A DNA stretch of 30,029 nucleotides, taken from assembly GCA_022683945.1 (NCBI GenBank), contig JAJHSH010000011.1, positions 1 through 30,029 on the forward strand, given 5' to 3'. Under the pieces are notes generated by a model, which was given only the letters and a program-made list of their open reading frames with translations, was not told the DNA's origin and searched no databases. Origin of the DNA: Candidatus Acetothermia bacterium. GTDB lineage: Bacteria; Bipolaricaulota; Bipolaricaulia; RBG-16-55-9; DRXL01. A program made the translations under genes and the position numbers. Below, in pieces: positions 26,381 through 30,029 of the stretch (the stretch's first letter is position 1; each line of letters opens with the position of its first letter).

Positions 26381-27418
26381 CTACTTGCGGAACCCCGGCG
26401 GCCAGGGGTAGTCGGGCGGGCAGAGGTCGCCCTTGACGTTGCTTTGAAATTCGTTTCCTGCCCCCATGACTCGGATTCCCCCACTCTGGCTTAAGAACGG
26501 CCAACCGATGGGAGTGGGGCATCGAGGATCAAACACCATAATGGCGTATTCTCGGTTTTGCACAAAGCGATTTCCCCGGATATCGACAAAATTTTCCGCT
26601 ATATAACCTCTTTCCTCTAGACCTGGCATCGCAAGGAAAATCCCTATGGCGTTTTTAGAGACATCGTTCTCCAGAATCAAGCCCAAATGATCGGGGTTAT
26701 AATCAGAAGCTAGTAGCTGTATCCCGGCACTTCGGTTCTCTTTTATCTCATTCTTAATCAGGGTCATCGAGGTTCCTCTCAAGCCAGATATGTTCTCCAA
26801 GATCCGAGAGTGGCGAACCAAAACTTCAACACCGGTAGCGATCAACCCAACGAGGTTTCGGACCAAGTGCACTCTTTCTAGGATGACATGTGGACGAGCA
26901 AAGAAAAGAGTTCTATCGTCCATAGAAGGAAAAGGCATAACGATGATGCCTCCACCTTGCTGTCCCCCGACGGCAAAGTCTTGCAGCATCAGTTGGATAG
27001 GACCCACTGCGATTAACCCTGTATGGGGTGGTGGAAACGCGGCCCCCGTAGGCGCAGTGGAGGGCAGGTCCAGCAGGGGAAGAGAAGGATCTCCTACAGT
27101 GAAGCCCTGAAAGTAAATTTGTTTTGGAGTCTCAGACAAGACATATACGATCGGCTTTTTTTCATCAGCAGCTCGGATCTGAACGTGTTCTTGCCCCGCG
27201 CCCACGAGACGCAAACTCTTATCGATTTGTATGTTCTCTTTATACAATCCCGGGCCAATGGTGATCGTTGTTCCTTCCACGGCTGCATCAATCGCCACTT
27301 GAATCGATTGATATAAACAGCCTTGTTTACAAACAGTATATCCCGAAATCTGTTTGGGGCTTATGCTTAGCAACGGCCAGCACCCCAGCAGTAGCAAGAA
27401 GACCACTTTTGTTTTCAT
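26381..27418 (-). CDS. secreted right-handed parallel beta-helix (pectin-lyase-fold, NosD-like) protein; possible lipoprotein
   Basis: The signal peptide is MKTKVVFLLLLGCWPLLS. The N-terminus YTVCKQGCLYQSIQVAIDAAVEGTTITIGPGLYKENIQIDKSLRLVGAG resembles the NosD/pectate-lyase cap. PbH1-type repeats follow (ILENISG..., LIKNEIKEN.., LILENDVSKNAIGIF). The gene is AT-richer than the window average. Confidence 0.6.
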   Translation of the reverse strand: MKTKVVFLLLLGCWPLLSISPKQISGYTVCKQGCLYQSIQVAIDAAVEGTTITIGPGLYKENIQIDKSLRLVGAGQEHVQIRAADEKKPIVYVLSETPKQIYFQGFTVGDPSLPLLDLPSTAPTGAAFPPPHTGLIAVGPIQLMLQDFAVGGQQGGGIIVMPFPSMDDRTLFFARPHVILERVHLVRNLVGLIATGVEVLVRHSRILENISGLRGTSMTLIKNEIKENRSAGIQLLASDYNPDHLGLILENDVSKNAIGIFLAMPGLEERGYIAENFVDIRGNRFVQNREYAIMVFDPRCPTPIGWPFLSQSGGIRVMGAGNEFQSNVKGDLCPPDYPWPPGFRK

Positions 27419-27473
27419 TCTCCTTCACTCCCTACATCGTTGCTAGACTGTCCTATAGCAGAAAATTACAAGA

Positions 27474-30029
27474 TCACTGGCAGAGAATATCCCAGAGAGC
27501 CTCTAAATCATATCTTGCAGCTTGCCCTCTGCTCATAGAGCATAGCCATTCTCTGGTATAGACCCAAGGGTCGACGTCAAAAGGATCTTTGTACGGCATC
27601 ACGATAGCAGGTGCCCCTATGCTGTGTATATCTTTCTTATCTATTGGATCAAGACCGTTCCAATCCCTAGCACCGCAGTTTGGTCCAGCTCCCATCTGCC
27701 GGCAAGCTTCTTGTCGCTTTTGTTCGTCTGTTAGCCGGCTGCAAGCCTGTCCGATACAAGCATACCAGATCCGGCTTTTACCATCGACCCACGTGACGAA
27801 TATAGCAACATCCTTGTTGCTATAGCGTTGCTCAATCTTTGCAATAATATCGCTTATCCCATCAGCTCCCTGTACTATGAAAACCATACCAATTAAGATC
27901 AGATCGGAACCACCATTGTTGACTTGGTATTGGCGACGCAATAAGTCTAGGTTTTTCATGATAGCGTCAATCTCAGCTAAGATCATATCTCTCGTATGCC
28001 AATCGTTATTTCCGCAAACAGAACAGCTGTAAAAGTTGGTGAGTGCTAACACCTGGACATACCTTCTCTCGGACTGGAGATAGTAACTCCGGTGAACAAG
28101 CACCAGATCGATAAAATATTGCTTTGGTTGACCTGTAATGGGATCTGTTCCCATGATGGATTTATAAAAATCTACGATTTGCCAACCACCATATACGTGG
28201 TGAAGAGAGTTGGCCGCAACCTGAATGATGGCTATAGCTTCCTTATTGCCTCTTGCTATTTCGCTCAGAACAGCTAGAAATCTTTCCATCAAATACGCTT
28301 TTTCCTGAGGAGTTGGTTTTACATTGATATGCCTTAAGATCGTTTCAATATCTGCCCTAAAGCCGCTTTCTCCAGAACCTGAGAAAAGCAGAAGGTATTT
28401 ATAGAGGGCCTGTCCAAATACAGAGTAGAACCGATACGCCAAGAAAAAAGCACTATATGGGTCAAGGCTAACATATATCTCATAAGCAAGTCTCCAAATG
28501 GGGTCAAAGGGATTTGTTTCTAGGTAGATTTGCAAGGCTGACTCTAAATCTTGAGCGTTGGTCGAAGCTAGAGCTTGTACGTGTTCATGAATATAGGGTT
28601 TAATCTGTTCGGTTGTCACGTCAAGAATGAGTCGGATGGCGTTGACGTATTGATCAAAACCTTGGTTTAATAGCCGTTCGTATTCTTGTTCAAAACGATC
28701 TTGGCGTTCCGCCAGAACCAGCGTCCAGATCCAAACCTTGATTTGTTCTTCTCCAATGTTTTGAAGGATATCAAGAGCTTGAGCTATTTGAGGTGGTAGA
28801 GCAGTTAGGCCTTGGGAAGCCAGTTCTTCAAAGCGTGCAAGAATTTCTTCCTCTGTCAGTTCAGAACAACCTGAGACAATCAATCCCTTACCTTGGTTAA
28901 ACTGTTCAGCATACCTAATAGGATATGCATCTGCTTCACAAGCAGCACGCAAGGTTTCCTTTTTTAGCTCCAAGTATTCTTCATATGTATATGCCCTAGC
29001 TCTCACAGGAATATCTCGCATAACCGAGCCAATCAACAGGCCTACGTTTCCAGTATAAGCCCCTGACCCTGTCGGTCGGAAACGTATCATCACCTCTGCG
29101 CTCTGATTTGGGCTTAGCACCAAAGAATCTAATGGCGCGGTGATTTGAAAAGGATTTTCCGGGTAGGTGACCGTAGATTCTAATGTCACGTTCGTAGTGC
29201 CTTCGTTCTTGATTGTTAATTTTCTATCACTAAAGCTCCCCAAAAAGACAATCCCGAAATCTAGACCCGTCGGCTCGATACTGATCTTATGAGCCACTCC
29301 CGCCAGCGCCACACTCACACTCCCCTGTGCCACGCTCTGCTCCAGACACTGCGAGCGCCCGTCCAGCACCTCCTCGCTCCAACGCACGCACGTCCCGCTC
29401 AGGCTCAGCTGCGTAGTGACGTTGAAACTCCCCGACCCCGTGGGATCGAAGCGCAGACCCACCTCTAGGCTCTGCCCTCCGCTCAAGACCATCGCCGCCT
29501 GGTACGCGTTCACCAGCACAAAGGGTGCACTCAACCCACTCAGCGTCACCGTCGCGGCCACTGCCCCGTCGTTCTTCAACGTGATCTTCTGCTCCTGTGG
29601 ACTCCCCACAAAGACCGTGTAGCTCACTTGCGCTGGACTGACCGAGATCGTCCCACCCTTGAGTGTGACCGTCTTGGCTCCTCCATTGCTGTTAATCTGT
29701 AGACTCCCACTGTACCCGCCCGCACTCGCTGGCGCAAAGCGCACCGTGACCGTCTGCGGCTGCCCCGGACCCAGACTGAAACTGCCCCCAGCAACAATGC
29801 TGAAAGGTGCAGCAGTCGTGGCACTCCCCGTCAGCGTCCCGCCCCCGGAGTTCCAGATCGTCACACTAGCGGTCATCGTCTGCCCAGCGAAGCTAGCCAG
29901 TTGCAAGCTGGTGCTGGAGAGGTTCAAGGCAGGCGTGGTGCTGTAGCACTGATAGCTGTAGCCCCACTGCGAGGTGCAGATCTGCGGCCCCTCATACCCG
30001 CCCCATGACCCACCTTCGCCTCCCTCAAA
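27474..30029 (-). CDS. large secreted-type protein, 5'-partial (frame open to window edge): N-terminal Ig-like/ASH (choice-of-anchor-D-like) beta-sandwich repeats plus a ~500-aa Cys-containing C-terminal domain of unknown function
   Basis: The ~100-aa modules repeat (FSLGPGQPQTVTVRFAPASAGGYSGSLQINSNGG, ...LEVGLRFDPTGSGSFNVTT, ...AEVMIRFRPTGSGAYTGNV). The reading frame has no stop between the first start codon (TTG 29927) and position 30029, so the gene continues upstream. The C-terminal part (encoded ~27474-29000) has no motif I recognise and sits in AT-rich DNA. Confidence 0.6.
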   Translation of the reverse strand, partial: FEGGEGGSWGGYEGPQICTSQWGYSYQCYSTTPALNLSSTSLQLASFAGQTMTASVTIWNSGGGTLTGSATTAAPFSIVAGGSFSLGPGQPQTVTVRFAPASAGGYSGSLQINSNGGAKTVTLKGGTISVSPAQVSYTVFVGSPQEQKITLKNDGAVAATVTLSGLSAPFVLVNAYQAAMVLSGGQSLEVGLRFDPTGSGSFNVTTQLSLSGTCVRWSEEVLDGRSQCLEQSVAQGSVSVALAGVAHKISIEPTGLDFGIVFLGSFSDRKLTIKNEGTTNVTLESTVTYPENPFQITAPLDSLVLSPNQSAEVMIRFRPTGSGAYTGNVGLLIGSVMRDIPVRARAYTYEEYLELKKETLRAACEADAYPIRYAEQFNQGKGLIVSGCSELTEEEILARFEELASQGLTALPPQIAQALDILQNIGEEQIKVWIWTLVLAERQDRFEQEYERLLNQGFDQYVNAIRLILDVTTEQIKPYIHEHVQALASTNAQDLESALQIYLETNPFDPIWRLAYEIYVSLDPYSAFFLAYRFYSVFGQALYKYLLLFSGSGESGFRADIETILRHINVKPTPQEKAYLMERFLAVLSEIARGNKEAIAIIQVAANSLHHVYGGWQIVDFYKSIMGTDPITGQPKQYFIDLVLVHRSYYLQSERRYVQVLALTNFYSCSVCGNNDWHTRDMILAEIDAIMKNLDLLRRQYQVNNGGSDLILIGMVFIVQGADGISDIIAKIEQRYSNKDVAIFVTWVDGKSRIWYACIGQACSRLTDEQKRQEACRQMGAGPNCGARDWNGLDPIDKKDIHSIGAPAIVMPYKDPFDVDPWVYTREWLCSMSRGQAARYDLEALWDILCQ

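Noticed and set aside
26169-26522. 117-aa minus-strand ORF overlapping tRNA-Ser and the beta-helix gene 3' end
   Set aside because: It spans a tRNA gene and an intergenic region. The translation is Arg/Leu-rich junk.

Overview
This 30-kb window is a bacterial chromosomal segment at moderate-to-high GC. It is mostly housekeeping genes: cysS, tpiA, glnS, gltX, ilvE, argF, an Rne/Rng-family RNase, folK-folB-folC, and two tRNAs. Several accessory modules are interleaved.

The most notable observations:
1. A 1.25-kb mini-island lies downstream of tRNA-Val(CAC). It is bounded by a 26-bp direct repeat of the tRNA 3' end (att-like). It carries two unrecognised genes, one a zinc-ribbon/2-TM protein, plus a long imperfect inverted repeat. 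No integrase is present.
2. A family of GC-rich nested-hairpin (REP/MITE-like) elements shares the core ACGGGAGAGGGGCTGGGG / GGGTGAGGG. There are three copies. One is inserted in frame inside a metallophosphoesterase CDS, where it translates as ...TPHPHPLPLPERERVQRS....
3. An unusual operon runs ilvE - gltX - pentapeptide-repeat/Zn-ribbon/2-TM protein - BrnA-like ribbon-helix-helix (RHH) antitoxin homologue (no BrnT toxin) - glnS. The RHH gene's stop overlaps the glnS start (ATGA).
4. A low-GC segment (~26.4-29.3 kb) covers a secreted beta-helix protein and the C-terminal ~500 aa of a large, 5'-truncated Ig-like-repeat protein. This suggests a swapped C-terminal module.
5. A hicB-hicA pair sits next to a DUF458/YkuK RNase-H-like gene.
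6. A visibly GC-richer phoA gene sits in tandem with phoD. Each is preceded by an AT-rich stretch containing ATAAATAT.
7. A NUDIX hydrolase, SAM methyltransferase and fused DppB/DppC-like permease form an operon with no ATPase or binding protein nearby.

I found no CRISPR array, no rRNA, and no transposase or integrase in the window.
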